NCBI GenBank assembly: GCA_963777315.1
Contig: CAVZQC010000001.1
Span: 384,001-448,000, forward strand
Length of the DNA: 64,000 nt
Origin: Vulcanimicrobiota bacterium
GTDB lineage: Bacteria; Vulcanimicrobiota; Vulcanimicrobiia; Vulcanimicrobiales; Vulcanimicrobiaceae
Direction of reading: 5' to 3'
The notes under the pieces are model-generated. The model was not told the DNA's origin and did no database searches. It was given only the letters and a program-made list of their open reading frames with translations. Every line of letters starts with the position of its first letter. Positions within the stretch are counted from its first letter, which is position 1. Shown one piece after another: positions 1 to 9,936 of this stretch. A program made the position numbers and the translations under genes.

Positions 1-413
1 TCCGGCGCCACGCCTTGCACGAAACTGATGCGCCCGGGTTCCTGTTTTGCCGCCAGTTCGCCCAGGATCGTCGGGAATTCACCCACTCGCCAGGGCGGCA
101 ACGTCACCCACCATGGAACGGCGGCGGAACGCTCGGGCTGACCGGATCGCAGCTGCGGCACCACACGGGAACCGGATCCGACCTTCTGCTCGATCAAGCC
201 GTCCGCGACCAGCTCGCGGTATGCGTGCACGACGGTGCTGCGGTTGATGCCCAGGCGGTCGGCAAGGGTTCGTTCGGGCGGCAAACGGGTGGATTCGGGC
301 AGCGTTCCGGCCAAGATCGACTCCCGCAGCGACTCGTAAATTTGGCGATACAGTGGAACGATGCTGTCCCGCTCCAAGTGGGGAAGCGCCCCCGGCCATC
401 CAATTTTCGACAT
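1..413 (-). CDS. MocR/GabR-family (GntR wHTH + PLP aminotransferase-like) regulator, N-terminal part, runs off the window edge
   Basis: Not in the ORF track. Manual translation from ATG 413 gives MSKIGWPGALPHLERDSIVPLYRQIYESLRESILAGTLPESTRLPPERTLADRLGINRSTVVHAYRELVADGLIEQKVGSGSRV (GntR wHTH), then a linker and ISFVQGVAP, typical of the start of the MocR aminotransferase domain. Confidence 0.85.
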   Translation of the reverse strand, partial: MSKIGWPGALPHLERDSIVPLYRQIYESLRESILAGTLPESTRLPPERTLADRLGINRSTVVHAYRELVADGLIEQKVGSGSRVVPQLRSGQPERSAAVPWWVTLPPWRVGEFPTILGELAAKQEPGRISFVQGVAP

Positions 414-441
414 TACGGTCCATTTTCGCGCATTGGATGGC
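395..441. promoter_or_regulatory. 10-bp perfect inverted repeat spanning the regulator start codon; candidate autoregulatory operator
   Basis: GCCATCCAAT (395-404) / ATTGGATGGC (432-441); a further TTGGAT at 470-475. Confidence 0.45.
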
Positions 442-532
442 ACAGGCCCTACTTTGGCGCGCTGGGCGGTTGGATCGTCTTGTTAGAATGAGACGGCTAC
501 GGCGCAACGCCGAAGTTTGGTAAGGAGTACAT

Positions 533-1984
533 GTGGCAGAACAGCAAGCCGACGCAGTAGTCATAGGCGCAGGCCCGGGCGGATATCACGCGGCGATCCG
601 CTTGGGACAGCTCGGCAAAAAGGTCATCTGCATCGACCGCGACGAGGTGGGCGGCGTGTGCTTGAACTGGGGGTGCATTCCGACCAAAGCGCTGCTGCAC
701 GTCGGCGAAGTGATCCGCCACATCGACCATGCGGACGCGATTGGCCTCAAAGTTCCCCAAGCTCAAGTCGATCGCGAGGGCGTCGCTCGCTTCAAGACCG
801 ACGTCGTCAATGCCAACGTCGGCGGCGTCAAAACGCTCTTCAAAGCCAATAACGTGCAGTTCATGTACGGCCAAGCCGCGTTCAAAAGCCCCACGGAGAT
901 CGCCGTTACGGCAAAAGACGGCGGCACGCAAACGATCGCCACGCGCGACGTCGTCATCGCGACCGGTTCGGCACCGATCGACGTTAAGGCATGGCCGCGC
1001 GACGGTGAATACATCATCAACTCCGACGACGCCGTGCAACTGCGGCGCCTGCCCAAGAATCTGCTGATCGTCGGCGGCGGCGTCATCGGTCTGGAATTCG
1101 CAACGGTCTATGCGCGCATGGGCAGCAAAGTTTTGGTGATCGAAGCATTGCCGCAGATTTTGACCGGCACCGATCTGGAGATATCCAAAACCCTGGGCCG
1201 TATTTTGAAAAAGCAGGGTGTGGAGATCATGCTGGGCACCAAAGTCGGCGAGATCCGAAAAGAGGGCGAAACGATCAAAGCCGTTTTCAACGGTCAAGGA
1301 ACCGGCGGAAAAGACGAGACGCGCGAATTCGACTGCGTGCTGGTTGCCGTCGGACGGCGGCCGGTGACCGACGGCTTGAACCTGCAGGCGGCCGGCCTTG
1401 CCGTCAACGACCGCGGCTTCATCGACGTGGACGCGCAGCGCCGCACGAAAGTTTCCAACGTCTTTGCAATCGGCGACGTAACGGGCGCGCCGTTGCTCGC
1501 GCACAAGGGCATGAAGGAAGGCGTGATCGCCGCCGAGGTCATCGCCGGCGACAAATCCGCCGCGTTCGATCCGATCGCCGTGCCCAACTGCGTGTACACC
1601 GACCCCGAAGTTGCGACCATCGGCCTTTCCGAGGAAGAAGCCAAAGAACGCGGGCACGAAGTGCGCATCGGGAAATTCCCGCTGGCGGCCAGCGGCCGCG
1701 CCCGCACCATGAACGAAAGCGACGGCTTGATCAAACTCGTCGGCGATGCCAAAACCGACATGCTGCTGGGAATGCACATCGTTGCACCGCAGGCCGAATC
1801 GCTCATCGGCGAAGGCGTGATCGCGCTCGAAATGGGCGCCACGCTCGAAGACGTCGGACTGTCGATCCATCCGCACCCGACGCTCACCGAAGGCATCATG
1901 GACGCCGCCGAGGCTGCCCACGGCAAAGCGATCCATATCGTGAATCCAAAGCCGAAGACTCCCGCCGCCGTCGGAGCGGGATAA
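533..1984 (+). CDS. lpdA: Dihydrolipoyl dehydrogenase
   Basis: GAGPGG FAD motif, GGVCLNWGCIP disulfide motif, GGGVIG NAD motif, HPHPTLTE C-terminal motif; SD AAGGAG upstream of GTG. Confidence 0.97.
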   Translation: MAEQQADAVVIGAGPGGYHAAIRLGQLGKKVICIDRDEVGGVCLNWGCIPTKALLHVGEVIRHIDHADAIGLKVPQAQVDREGVARFKTDVVNANVGGVKTLFKANNVQFMYGQAAFKSPTEIAVTAKDGGTQTIATRDVVIATGSAPIDVKAWPRDGEYIINSDDAVQLRRLPKNLLIVGGGVIGLEFATVYARMGSKVLVIEALPQILTGTDLEISKTLGRILKKQGVEIMLGTKVGEIRKEGETIKAVFNGQGTGGKDETREFDCVLVAVGRRPVTDGLNLQAAGLAVNDRGFIDVDAQRRTKVSNVFAIGDVTGAPLLAHKGMKEGVIAAEVIAGDKSAAFDPIAVPNCVYTDPEVATIGLSEEEAKERGHEVRIGKFPLAASGRARTMNESDGLIKLVGDAKTDMLLGMHIVAPQAESLIGEGVIALEMGATLEDVGLSIHPHPTLTEGIMDAAEAAHGKAIHIVNPKPKTPAAVGAG

Positions 1985-1991
1985 TATTTTC

Positions 1992-2654
1992 GTGACGCAA
2001 GCGCATCTGCTCGATTTGGGCCTGCAGCCGTACCGGCGGGTATGGGACCTTCAGCGCGATCTGCACGAGCGGGTGCGCGCGGGCCGCGATCCTCAGACGT
2101 GGATCTTCGTCGAACATCCGCCGGTCATCACGCTTGGACGCAACGCGAAGGAATCCAACGTGCTGCTCTCGGCCCAAGCGCTGGCTGCGCGCGGCGTCGA
2201 GGTGGTGCGCGTCGAACGCGGCGGCGACGTCACGTATCACGGCCCCGGGCAGCTCGTCGTGTATCCGATTCGCCGTTTGGAGCGCTTTCGCGAAGTCGTT
2301 CCGCTCGTGCGCGCTCTGGAAGGCGCGGTCATCGATGCGTGCGCGCACTTCGGCGTGCGGGCGCAGCGCTGGAGCGAACATGCCGGAGTATGGGTGGGGC
2401 GCAACCAGATTTGCGCCGTCGGACTCGCCGTCCGGCAAATGACCTCCCTGCATGGAATAGCGCTCAACGCCAACCCCGAACTGGATTACGACGCGCTCAT
2501 CAACCCCTGCGGGCTGCGCGATCGCGGCGTCACGAGTCTGTCCCGCGAGACCGGACGAACGCTGACGATCGCCGATCTCAAGCCGATTTTGGCGGCGGCG
2601 CTCGAGCGCGAGTTCGCTATTCGTTTCACATCGAGCATGGCGAAGTCGGCATAA
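1992..2654 (+). CDS. lipB: Lipoyl(octanoyl) transferase
   Basis: EHPPVITLG, RGGDVTYHGPGQLVVYP, HGIALN and NPCG motifs. Confidence 0.95.
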   Translation: MTQAHLLDLGLQPYRRVWDLQRDLHERVRAGRDPQTWIFVEHPPVITLGRNAKESNVLLSAQALAARGVEVVRVERGGDVTYHGPGQLVVYPIRRLERFREVVPLVRALEGAVIDACAHFGVRAQRWSEHAGVWVGRNQICAVGLAVRQMTSLHGIALNANPELDYDALINPCGLRDRGVTSLSRETGRTLTIADLKPILAAALEREFAIRFTSSMAKSA

Positions 2655-3523
2655 TGGCCATCGAAATCGACCTGGTCGCAAAACCGGAATGGCTCAAAGT
2701 CCGGCTGCCGGGCGGCGAGGACTACGAGCGCGTCAAATCCAAGGTCAACTCTCTGCGGCTGAACACGGTCTGCAAGGAAGCCATGTGTCCGAATCTGGCC
2801 GAGTGCTGGGGCGCGGGAACCGCAACGATCATGATCCTCGGCGACACCTGCACGCGCGGGTGCCGCTTTTGCAACGTGAAGACCGGCAACCCGCGCGGCG
2901 TGGTCGACTGGATGGAGCCGGTGCGCGTTGCCGAAGCGGTGCGCGATCTCGGCTGGAAGTACTTGGTGGTGACTGCGGTCGACCGCGACGATCTCGCAGA
3001 CGGCGGCGCGTTGATCTTCGCCAACACCGTTCGTGCGATTCGCGAGCGCGTTCCCGATTCGCGCGTCGAGATACTCAGCGGAGACTATCGCGGCGACCGC
3101 ATCGCACTCGACGTCGTGCTCGATGCCCAGCCGGACGTTTTCGCGCACAACCTGGAAACCGTGCGGCGCCTCTCACCGCGCGTGCGCGACAAACGAGCCG
3201 ACTACGATCGTTCCCTGCAGGTGCTGGAACATGCCAAAAAACGCGCACCACAGCGGTTCACCAAAACTTCGCTGATGCTGGGCTTGGGCGAGCGCGACGA
3301 CGAAGTGGAGCAGGCGATGGACGATGCGCGTTCGGCGGGCGTGGACATTTTTACGATGGGCCAATACCTTCGGCCGAGTAAAAAGCATCTCGCGGTAGAG
3401 GCCTTCATTGCGCCGGAGAAATTTGCCGAGTTAGGACGCCTGGCAAAAGCCAAAGGGTTTCATCAGGTCGTCTCGAGCCCGCTCTCGCGCAGCTCGTACC
3501 ACGCGGAACAGGCTTTTCGCTAG
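2654..3523 (+). CDS. lipA: Lipoyl synthase (radical SAM)
   Basis: Start ATG 2654 overlaps the lipB stop; CKEAMCPNLAEC and CTRGCRFC cluster motifs; RSSYHA at the C-terminus. Confidence 0.97.
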   Translation: MAIEIDLVAKPEWLKVRLPGGEDYERVKSKVNSLRLNTVCKEAMCPNLAECWGAGTATIMILGDTCTRGCRFCNVKTGNPRGVVDWMEPVRVAEAVRDLGWKYLVVTAVDRDDLADGGALIFANTVRAIRERVPDSRVEILSGDYRGDRIALDVVLDAQPDVFAHNLETVRRLSPRVRDKRADYDRSLQVLEHAKKRAPQRFTKTSLMLGLGERDDEVEQAMDDARSAGVDIFTMGQYLRPSKKHLAVEAFIAPEKFAELGRLAKAKGFHQVVSSPLSRSSYHAEQAFR

Positions 3524-3568
3524 CCGGCCTCCTAGGCGCGACCGCCGGACACTCAGAAGAGGGGCCTC

Positions 3569-6500
3569 GTGACGGCCTTTTTTCTGCGGCGCCCGATTTT
3601 CGCGGCGGTCTGTTCGTTAATCATCACGATTGCGGGCGCAATCGTGATACCCACGCTGCCCATTGCGCAGTATCCGCAGATCGCGCCGCCCGTCGTGACG
3701 GTCACCGCGTCGTATACGGGCGCGAACGCGCAAGCGGTGGAGTCCGCGGTAACCACTCCGCTGGAGCAGGCCATCAACGGAGTCGAAGGTCTGCGGTACA
3801 TCACTTCGACCAGCGCCAACAACGGCGTAAGCACGATCACGTGCACATTCGCGCTGGGGCGCAACCTCGACATAGCCGCGACCGACGTTCAAAACGCCGT
3901 GCAGTCGGCCATGGGGCAGCTGCCCAACGAGGTCAAGCAAACCGGCGTCACGGTTTCCAAGAATTCCGGCTCGTTCGTGATGGCGTTCGCCCTGCGCTCG
4001 AACAGCTCGCAGTACAATCAGCTCTTCTTGAGCAACTACGCCGAGCTCAACGTCGTCAACGCGCTAAAACGCGTGACCGGAGTGAGCGACGTGCGCATCT
4101 TCGGCCAGCGCCGGTACGCGATGCGCGTGTGGCTCGATCCGCACAAACTTGAGGCGCGCGGCCTGGCGATCACCGACGTGCTAAACGCGCTACAGGAGCA
4201 GAACGTCGAAGTAGCCGCCGGCAGCATCGGCGCCGCACCGGAACCTCCCAATCAGCCGTTCACGATCAGCGTGCGCGCGGAAGGACGCCTGAGCACGCCG
4301 CAGGAGTTTCGCAACGTCATAGTGCGCGCCGAAAGCGGCGGCGGCTTCACGCGGTTGGGCGACGTTGCGCGCGTCGAACTCGGCGCCGAGGACTATTCCA
4401 GCGCGATCGCGTTCGACGGCAACAAAAACGTCGTGGGCTTGGGCGTCGTCCAACTGCCGACGGCAAATGCGCTGCAGGTGGCCGACGGCGTCAAAAAGCA
4501 GCTTGCGGTGCTCTCGCGCAGTTTTCCGCGAGGCGTAACCTACGCATCGGCATTCGATACGACCAGCTTCGTGCGCGAGTCGATCCGCGAAGTCTTCTTG
4601 ACGCTGCTGTTGTCGATCGCGCTTGTCGTACTGGTCATTTTCCTGTTCCTGCAAAGCCCTCGCTCTACGCTCATACCGGCGGTGACGCTGCCGATTTCCT
4701 TGATCGGCACGTTCGCCGTCATGAAGGTGTTCGGCTTTACCATCAACACGATCACGCTGTTCGGGCTGACCCTGGCCGCCGGTTTGGTCGTCGACGACGC
4801 GATCGTCGTCATCGAGAACATCGCAAGGTTCATCCAAGAGAAAAACATGGGCGGAGTGGAAGGCGCCGCAGCAGCCATGCGCGAGATTCAGAGCGCCGTG
4901 GTCGCGTCCTCGCTGGTTTTGCTGGCGGTCTTCATACCGGTTGCGTTTTTCCCGGGGACGACCGGCCAGCTGTACAAGCAGTTCGCGCTGACGATAGCCG
5001 CTGCAATCGCAATCTCACTGTTTGCATCGCTCACCTTGACGCCCGTGATGTCCTCGCTCATGCTCACCGGGCCGACCGAGTCGCACAATCCGTTCTTCAC
5101 GTGGTTCAACCGCGGATTGAACGGGTTTCGCGGCTGGTATCGCACGGTTCTTCCACGGCTTTTCCGAGTTCGCTGGATCGTCGCAGGGATATTCTTGGCG
5201 GCGCTGGCCGCGACGGTCATCCTATTCAGAAGCACGCCCACGGGTTTCATCCCCAACGAAGATCAGGGCTTCTTCATCGTCACCGTTCAAGCGCCCGAAG
5301 GGACTTCGCTCTCGCACGAGATCGACGTCGCCCGGCGGGCCGAAGCGATACTGCGCGCGCAGCCCGAAGTCGACCACATCTTCGACGTTTCGGGCTTCAG
5401 CTTCAGCGGCAGCGGACCCAATCTGGGGCTGTTGTTCGTGAACATGAAACCTTGGTCGCAGCGGCCCGGCGCGGCTCATTCGCTCGACGCGGTGCTGCAG
5501 CGCGTGCAGATGCGCTTCTTCGGCATACCCGACGCGCAGGTGTTCGCGTTCAACCCTCCGGCAATCCAAGGCGTCGGCAGTTTCGGCGGGTTTCAATTCG
5601 AACTGGAAGATCGCGGAAACGTCGGGCTGCCTGCGATGATGAAAACCGCCTACGGATATATGGCGCTGGGCAACAAAGATCCCAATCTGAGCAAGGTCTT
5701 CACGTCGTTTCGCATCGACGCCCCGCAGCTTCAGGTCCACATCGACCGCAGCAAGGCAAAGTCCATGGGCGTGTCGTTGACCGACGTGTTCAACACGATG
5801 CAGACCGACCTGGGTTCCTTTTACGTCAATGACTTCAACTATCTCAACCGCTCGTACCGCGTGTACGTGCAGGCTGAAGATCCGTACCGAAGCACGCTGG
5901 AGTCGCTGCAGTACCTGTACGTCCGCTCTCAAGCCGGGGGCATGGTGCCTTTGAGTGGCCTCGGCGTGCAGACGATGACGAAATCCGCACCGATCATCAC
6001 GCATTACAATCTGTTTCGCTCGATCGAGATAAACGGCAGCGCGGCGCCCGGCAAGGGTTCGGGCCAAGCGATTACGGCCATGCAGTCGCTGGCCAAGCGC
6101 ATCGACCCGCCGGGCGTGAGCTACGAATGGTCGGGCCTGTCGCTGGACGAGATCGAAGGCGGCTTTCTATCGATCTTGATTTTCGGCATCGGCGTGGTCT
6201 TCGTTTTCCTCGTGCTTGCCGCACAGTACGAGAGTTTCGTCGATCCGTTCATCGTTCTGCTCGCCGTGCCGGTAGCGATTCTCGGGGCGCTGGTCTTTCT
6301 CAACGTGCGCCAGTTACCCAGCGACGCCTACGCCCAAGTGGGCTTCGTAATGCTCATCGGCCTGGCGAGCAAGAGCGCGATCCTGATCGTCGAATTCGCC
6401 AATCAACAGCTCGCGCGGGGTGCGGACGTCATTACCGCGGCCGCGCGTGCGGCGCAAACGAGATTGCGTCCGATTCTCATGACCTCGATTGCGTTCATCG

Positions 6501-6733
6501 TTGCGGTCACTCCGCTGGTTTTTGCCGGGGGTGCCGGCAGTGCGTCGCGGCATTCGCTCGGTACGGTGGTTTTCGGCGGGATGATCGTTTCGACGATCTT
6601 GAATCTGGCCATCACGCCCGTGCTGTACGTCATCATAAAGGGCTGGTCGCTGCGCCGGCGCAAGCCTCAGCGGGGCGCACGGGTACGCGTACTCGACGTA
6701 CCCGAACCGGATACTGCTGCGCCCGTACCCTAG
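3569..6733 (+). CDS. RND efflux transporter permease (HAE1/AcrB family)
   Basis: 1054 aa; LPIAQYP, VVDDAIVVIEN, LASKSAILIVEFA and RLRPILMTS proton-relay motifs. Confidence 0.95.
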   Translation: MTAFFLRRPIFAAVCSLIITIAGAIVIPTLPIAQYPQIAPPVVTVTASYTGANAQAVESAVTTPLEQAINGVEGLRYITSTSANNGVSTITCTFALGRNLDIAATDVQNAVQSAMGQLPNEVKQTGVTVSKNSGSFVMAFALRSNSSQYNQLFLSNYAELNVVNALKRVTGVSDVRIFGQRRYAMRVWLDPHKLEARGLAITDVLNALQEQNVEVAAGSIGAAPEPPNQPFTISVRAEGRLSTPQEFRNVIVRAESGGGFTRLGDVARVELGAEDYSSAIAFDGNKNVVGLGVVQLPTANALQVADGVKKQLAVLSRSFPRGVTYASAFDTTSFVRESIREVFLTLLLSIALVVLVIFLFLQSPRSTLIPAVTLPISLIGTFAVMKVFGFTINTITLFGLTLAAGLVVDDAIVVIENIARFIQEKNMGGVEGAAAAMREIQSAVVASSLVLLAVFIPVAFFPGTTGQLYKQFALTIAAAIAISLFASLTLTPVMSSLMLTGPTESHNPFFTWFNRGLNGFRGWYRTVLPRLFRVRWIVAGIFLAALAATVILFRSTPTGFIPNEDQGFFIVTVQAPEGTSLSHEIDVARRAEAILRAQPEVDHIFDVSGFSFSGSGPNLGLLFVNMKPWSQRPGAAHSLDAVLQRVQMRFFGIPDAQVFAFNPPAIQGVGSFGGFQFELEDRGNVGLPAMMKTAYGYMALGNKDPNLSKVFTSFRIDAPQLQVHIDRSKAKSMGVSLTDVFNTMQTDLGSFYVNDFNYLNRSYRVYVQAEDPYRSTLESLQYLYVRSQAGGMVPLSGLGVQTMTKSAPIITHYNLFRSIEINGSAAPGKGSGQAITAMQSLAKRIDPPGVSYEWSGLSLDEIEGGFLSILIFGIGVVFVFLVLAAQYESFVDPFIVLLAVPVAILGALVFLNVRQLPSDAYAQVGFVMLIGLASKSAILIVEFANQQLARGADVITAAARAAQTRLRPILMTSIAFIVAVTPLVFAGGAGSASRHSLGTVVFGGMIVSTILNLAITPVLYVIIKGWSLRRRKPQRGARVRVLDVPEPDTAAPVP

Positions 6734-6790
6734 CCGTCCCTATATCGCATGCTAGCGGGTGTCGTGCATACTCTGCGGAACGTTGCGGCC

Positions 6791-8014
6791 ATGGTTCGTT
6801 TTTTTCTGCGTGTTTGCGCGCTCGCGGCGGTTACGGCGGGCCTAACGGCATCGCCCGCGACAGCGGATACGACCGGCCCGTTCGCCGCAGCGGTGCAAGG
6901 CGCCAACGTCGCCATAAAGAACGCGATGAGCGTTCCCGCCAAACCGACGGCCGCGCCGATTCACGCGGTTCGCCTGCCCAACGGTGTGCTCGCGCAGGTT
7001 CCTCCGGTAACGCAGCAGCCCATTGGAGGCGCCGGCGAAACGGGTTTGCCGACGGGCTGGACGTACACGCTGGATGTTTCGGTTGCGCACGCCTTAGGCA
7101 ACACGGGCGGCTTTGGAAAATGGCTCCCCGGCGGAATCGACGGCGTAATCGGATACGGCTTTAATCCGAGCACGCGCATCGTTCTGAATTACTACGAGCT
7201 GCAGCACTATCCGGTCGGCTTCGACAGCGGGCAAGTTCCGCTTTATCTGCCCGCCGGTTTTCCGCTGAGTCCAGGCGTGAATCCGAGTTGCGTGGACCTG
7301 AGCGGGACAACGAGCTCGACCTGCCAGGGCATCTCCAAACCGATCGACGTGACCACCAAAGACAAGTTCGCGCTGCTGACGTTCGAGAATCTGTTCACGC
7401 TGGGCAAGTTTGCCGGCCGCAGCTTGCCGGTCGTCATTACGCCGACGTACGTTTCGCGCTGGTCCAACGTGCAGGCGTCGAACGGCAATCACGACGTCGT
7501 TCCGTTCGTCGATTTGAGCGGAGCGCCGCATTTCGACGTCAGCACGCGGACCGTGCAGTTGTATTCGATCGCCCTGACCGTGCCGTTCTTGAAAACGCCA
7601 AAAATGTTCGGGACCTTCACCGCTGCGCCGACGTGGCTGGTGCATACGGCCGGACTCAACCAACAAAACCACGCTCAGATCTACCAGATCCTGTACCTGG
7701 AATACACCCTCTCGCCGCAAGCGAAAATCTTTTTCGAGCCTCAGGTCTCGCGCGACTACCTGCCGGCCGACCCGTATGCCCAGCATCTGGCGGCATATTT
7801 TTTGGGAGCGTCGCAGCAAATCGGTAAAATGGGCTTCGTTCAAGTCGTGCTCAACAGCGGCGGTCCGACGAATTACAGCCCGTACGGCGTCAAGCAGCTC
7901 AACTGCCTGGCGCTGCCGTGCTCGGCGAACACGCTTCCGACCGTGGGCGGCCTCAAAGCTTCGCAAGTGCAAATTCAGTTCGGCTTGGGTTCCCCGAGCG
8001 TCATTCAGTTTTAG
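6791..8014 (+). CDS. Secreted protein, probable outer-membrane beta-barrel, unknown function
   Basis: Signal peptide MVRFFLRVCALAAVTAGLTASPATA; alternating aromatic/hydrophobic strands; C-terminal Phe (SVIQF). Upstream alternative start at 6749. Confidence 0.6.
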   Translation: MVRFFLRVCALAAVTAGLTASPATADTTGPFAAAVQGANVAIKNAMSVPAKPTAAPIHAVRLPNGVLAQVPPVTQQPIGGAGETGLPTGWTYTLDVSVAHALGNTGGFGKWLPGGIDGVIGYGFNPSTRIVLNYYELQHYPVGFDSGQVPLYLPAGFPLSPGVNPSCVDLSGTTSSTCQGISKPIDVTTKDKFALLTFENLFTLGKFAGRSLPVVITPTYVSRWSNVQASNGNHDVVPFVDLSGAPHFDVSTRTVQLYSIALTVPFLKTPKMFGTFTAAPTWLVHTAGLNQQNHAQIYQILYLEYTLSPQAKIFFEPQVSRDYLPADPYAQHLAAYFLGASQQIGKMGFVQVVLNSGGPTNYSPYGVKQLNCLALPCSANTLPTVGGLKASQVQIQFGLGSPSVIQF

Positions 8015-8025
8015 GGGCGGTGCGT

Positions 8026-9603
8026 ATGGTGAAATGGCTTGGCCCCGCGATCGCAGCGTTCGCTATCGCCGCGCTTACCGCATGCGGTTCTTCGAACGGC
8101 TCTGCGCCCCCGACCAATCCGCTGGCGCCGGGCGGCGGCCTCGTGCAGCAGAACTTCGTCGGTGTGGGCGACAGTTTGACGTTCGGCGAGCAGTCCGACG
8201 GACAGCTGGGCGTGCTTGCGACCAGCCCCATATCCGGATTGCCGGGCGGCGTCGTTCCGCCCGGACAAACGATGGGCTTTTGGGCGCTCATGTACGCGCA
8301 AATGAACGGCATCGCGATCGATCCCGCCCTCGGCGTATGGAATACGGATACGCGTTTGGGCATCCCCGGCACGTCGCCGCTGCCGCTCATCAAGGCGCCG
8401 GGCTTGGGCGCACAGCTCGTCGTTTCCGCAACGAATCCGCCCTTTGCGCCAACGCATTCGGCGTGCGATGCATTCAATCAATCGGCGTACTCGCCCACGC
8501 TCTGGCAGCAAACGCGAGCATCGCTCACGGCGCCCATTGCCGATCTCGGCGTGCCGGGAATCACGATGCACGAATCGATCGCGATGACCGCTCCACTGAC
8601 CGGTCCGCCTAACCCGCCGAGCTGCGGATATGTAACCGTGCCGGGCGACATTACCTCGGGCGGCTTGCAGTCGCTGGTTTCGGGCGAGAGCGAGCTGTTC
8701 TATCCGGTGCTCGGGCAATTCCAATCCACGCTTGGTGCAGGTAAGGTAACGCAGGCCGCGGCCGCCGTTTCGCTCGCGCCGAAACTCACGACGGTATGGC
8801 TTGGCGCAAACGACGTGCTCAAGTACATTTTTTCGCACGGACAATCGCCGATCACGGATTCGCCAACGCAATTCTCGTCGGACCTTACCACGCTGGTGAC
8901 GATGCTCGAGAAATCAGGATCGAAAGTCGTGGTAGGTAATCTGCCGGATATTCTGGGCAACCCGTCCACGGGTGAAAATCCGGTGCCGCAATTTTTTCCG
9001 CAAACCAAACTGTCGGCCGACTTGACGGCGCTAGGCGTCAATCCCGCCGCGGCCGCACAGGTGGCAGCGTACGTCTCGGCAACGTACACCAAAGGCAACG
9101 GCGGCTTTTTGACGCAGAGCGGATTTTTCAGTTTGGTGTCGCAACTCAAATCGAGTCCCACGACGCTTCCGGTTCTGGACCCGAACGGGCCGGGCAGCGG
9201 CGACGGCCCCCTCTACCTGGATCAATCCTTCGCCGCATCCGCGACTGCGCTCATCGCGGGATACAATCAAACGATTAACGGCGTAGCCGCCGCAACGGGC
9301 GCGGGTTTGGCGGACATCGAAACGGCGTTTCGCAATCTGGATGCGACGGGCTTGCCTCTCGCGCCGGGCGTCACGCTCACGCTGCAGTTCGGAGGCGGCA
9401 TATTCAGTTACGACGGACTGCATCCGTCCAACACCGGATACGCGATCGTCGCCAACGTCTTCATCGGCGCGGCCGACGCGAAGTTCGGTTTGGCTATTCC
9501 TCCGCTGGGCAGCGCGCAAATCGGCGCCATCGCGCAAAACGACACCTACAACCCGTACGTCATCAAGGCCGTCAACCCGGCGTGGCCGTTCCCGCTGCCC
9601 TAG
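8026..9603 (+). CDS. SGNH/GDSL hydrolase lipoprotein
   Basis: Lipobox LTA-C; block I GVGDSLT, block II GVPG, block III GAND, block V DGLHP. Confidence 0.85.
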   Translation: MVKWLGPAIAAFAIAALTACGSSNGSAPPTNPLAPGGGLVQQNFVGVGDSLTFGEQSDGQLGVLATSPISGLPGGVVPPGQTMGFWALMYAQMNGIAIDPALGVWNTDTRLGIPGTSPLPLIKAPGLGAQLVVSATNPPFAPTHSACDAFNQSAYSPTLWQQTRASLTAPIADLGVPGITMHESIAMTAPLTGPPNPPSCGYVTVPGDITSGGLQSLVSGESELFYPVLGQFQSTLGAGKVTQAAAAVSLAPKLTTVWLGANDVLKYIFSHGQSPITDSPTQFSSDLTTLVTMLEKSGSKVVVGNLPDILGNPSTGENPVPQFFPQTKLSADLTALGVNPAAAAQVAAYVSATYTKGNGGFLTQSGFFSLVSQLKSSPTTLPVLDPNGPGSGDGPLYLDQSFAASATALIAGYNQTINGVAAATGAGLADIETAFRNLDATGLPLAPGVTLTLQFGGGIFSYDGLHPSNTGYAIVANVFIGAADAKFGLAIPPLGSAQIGAIAQNDTYNPYVIKAVNPAWPFPLP

Positions 9604-9607
9604 CAGT

Positions 9608-9923
9608 ATGGCAACCATTGAAGAGGTCAACGATTCCGCGCCGAACACGCTGCGCTTGATCGACGTTCGCAAAAAACCCGACGACCGGCAGATTCCGGGC
9701 TCGCAACGCTACGACGGCGAGCAGCTCGAACGGTCGGCGCGACCTGCCGTTCGGCAAGGATGAACGCATCGTGCTCTACTGCGGCAGCGGAAATTCATGC
9801 TCTCGAATCGCGAAGGCGCTGCGCGAGCGGGGCTACGCGCGCGCGGAAGCGCTCGAAGGCGGCTACGCGGCGTGGAAAGACGCGGGCTTGCCGCTCGAGC
9901 CCATTACGCCGCGCTCGATGTGA
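9608..9923 (+). CDS. Rhodanese-domain protein (one frameshift near 9740, likely sequencing error)
   Basis: First frame LIDVRKKPDDRQIPGS; second frame DLPFGKDERIVLYCGSGNSCSRIAKALRERGYARAEALEGGYAAWKDAGLP with the active-site Cys. Confidence 0.8.
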
Positions 9924-9936
9924 ATTAGGAGGACAC

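Noticed and set aside
497..1936. Long antisense ORFs here and at 17968-19635, 22973-24493 and 38110-39840
   Set aside because: These are stop-poor shadow frames expected opposite real genes in high-GC DNA, with no recognisable motifs.
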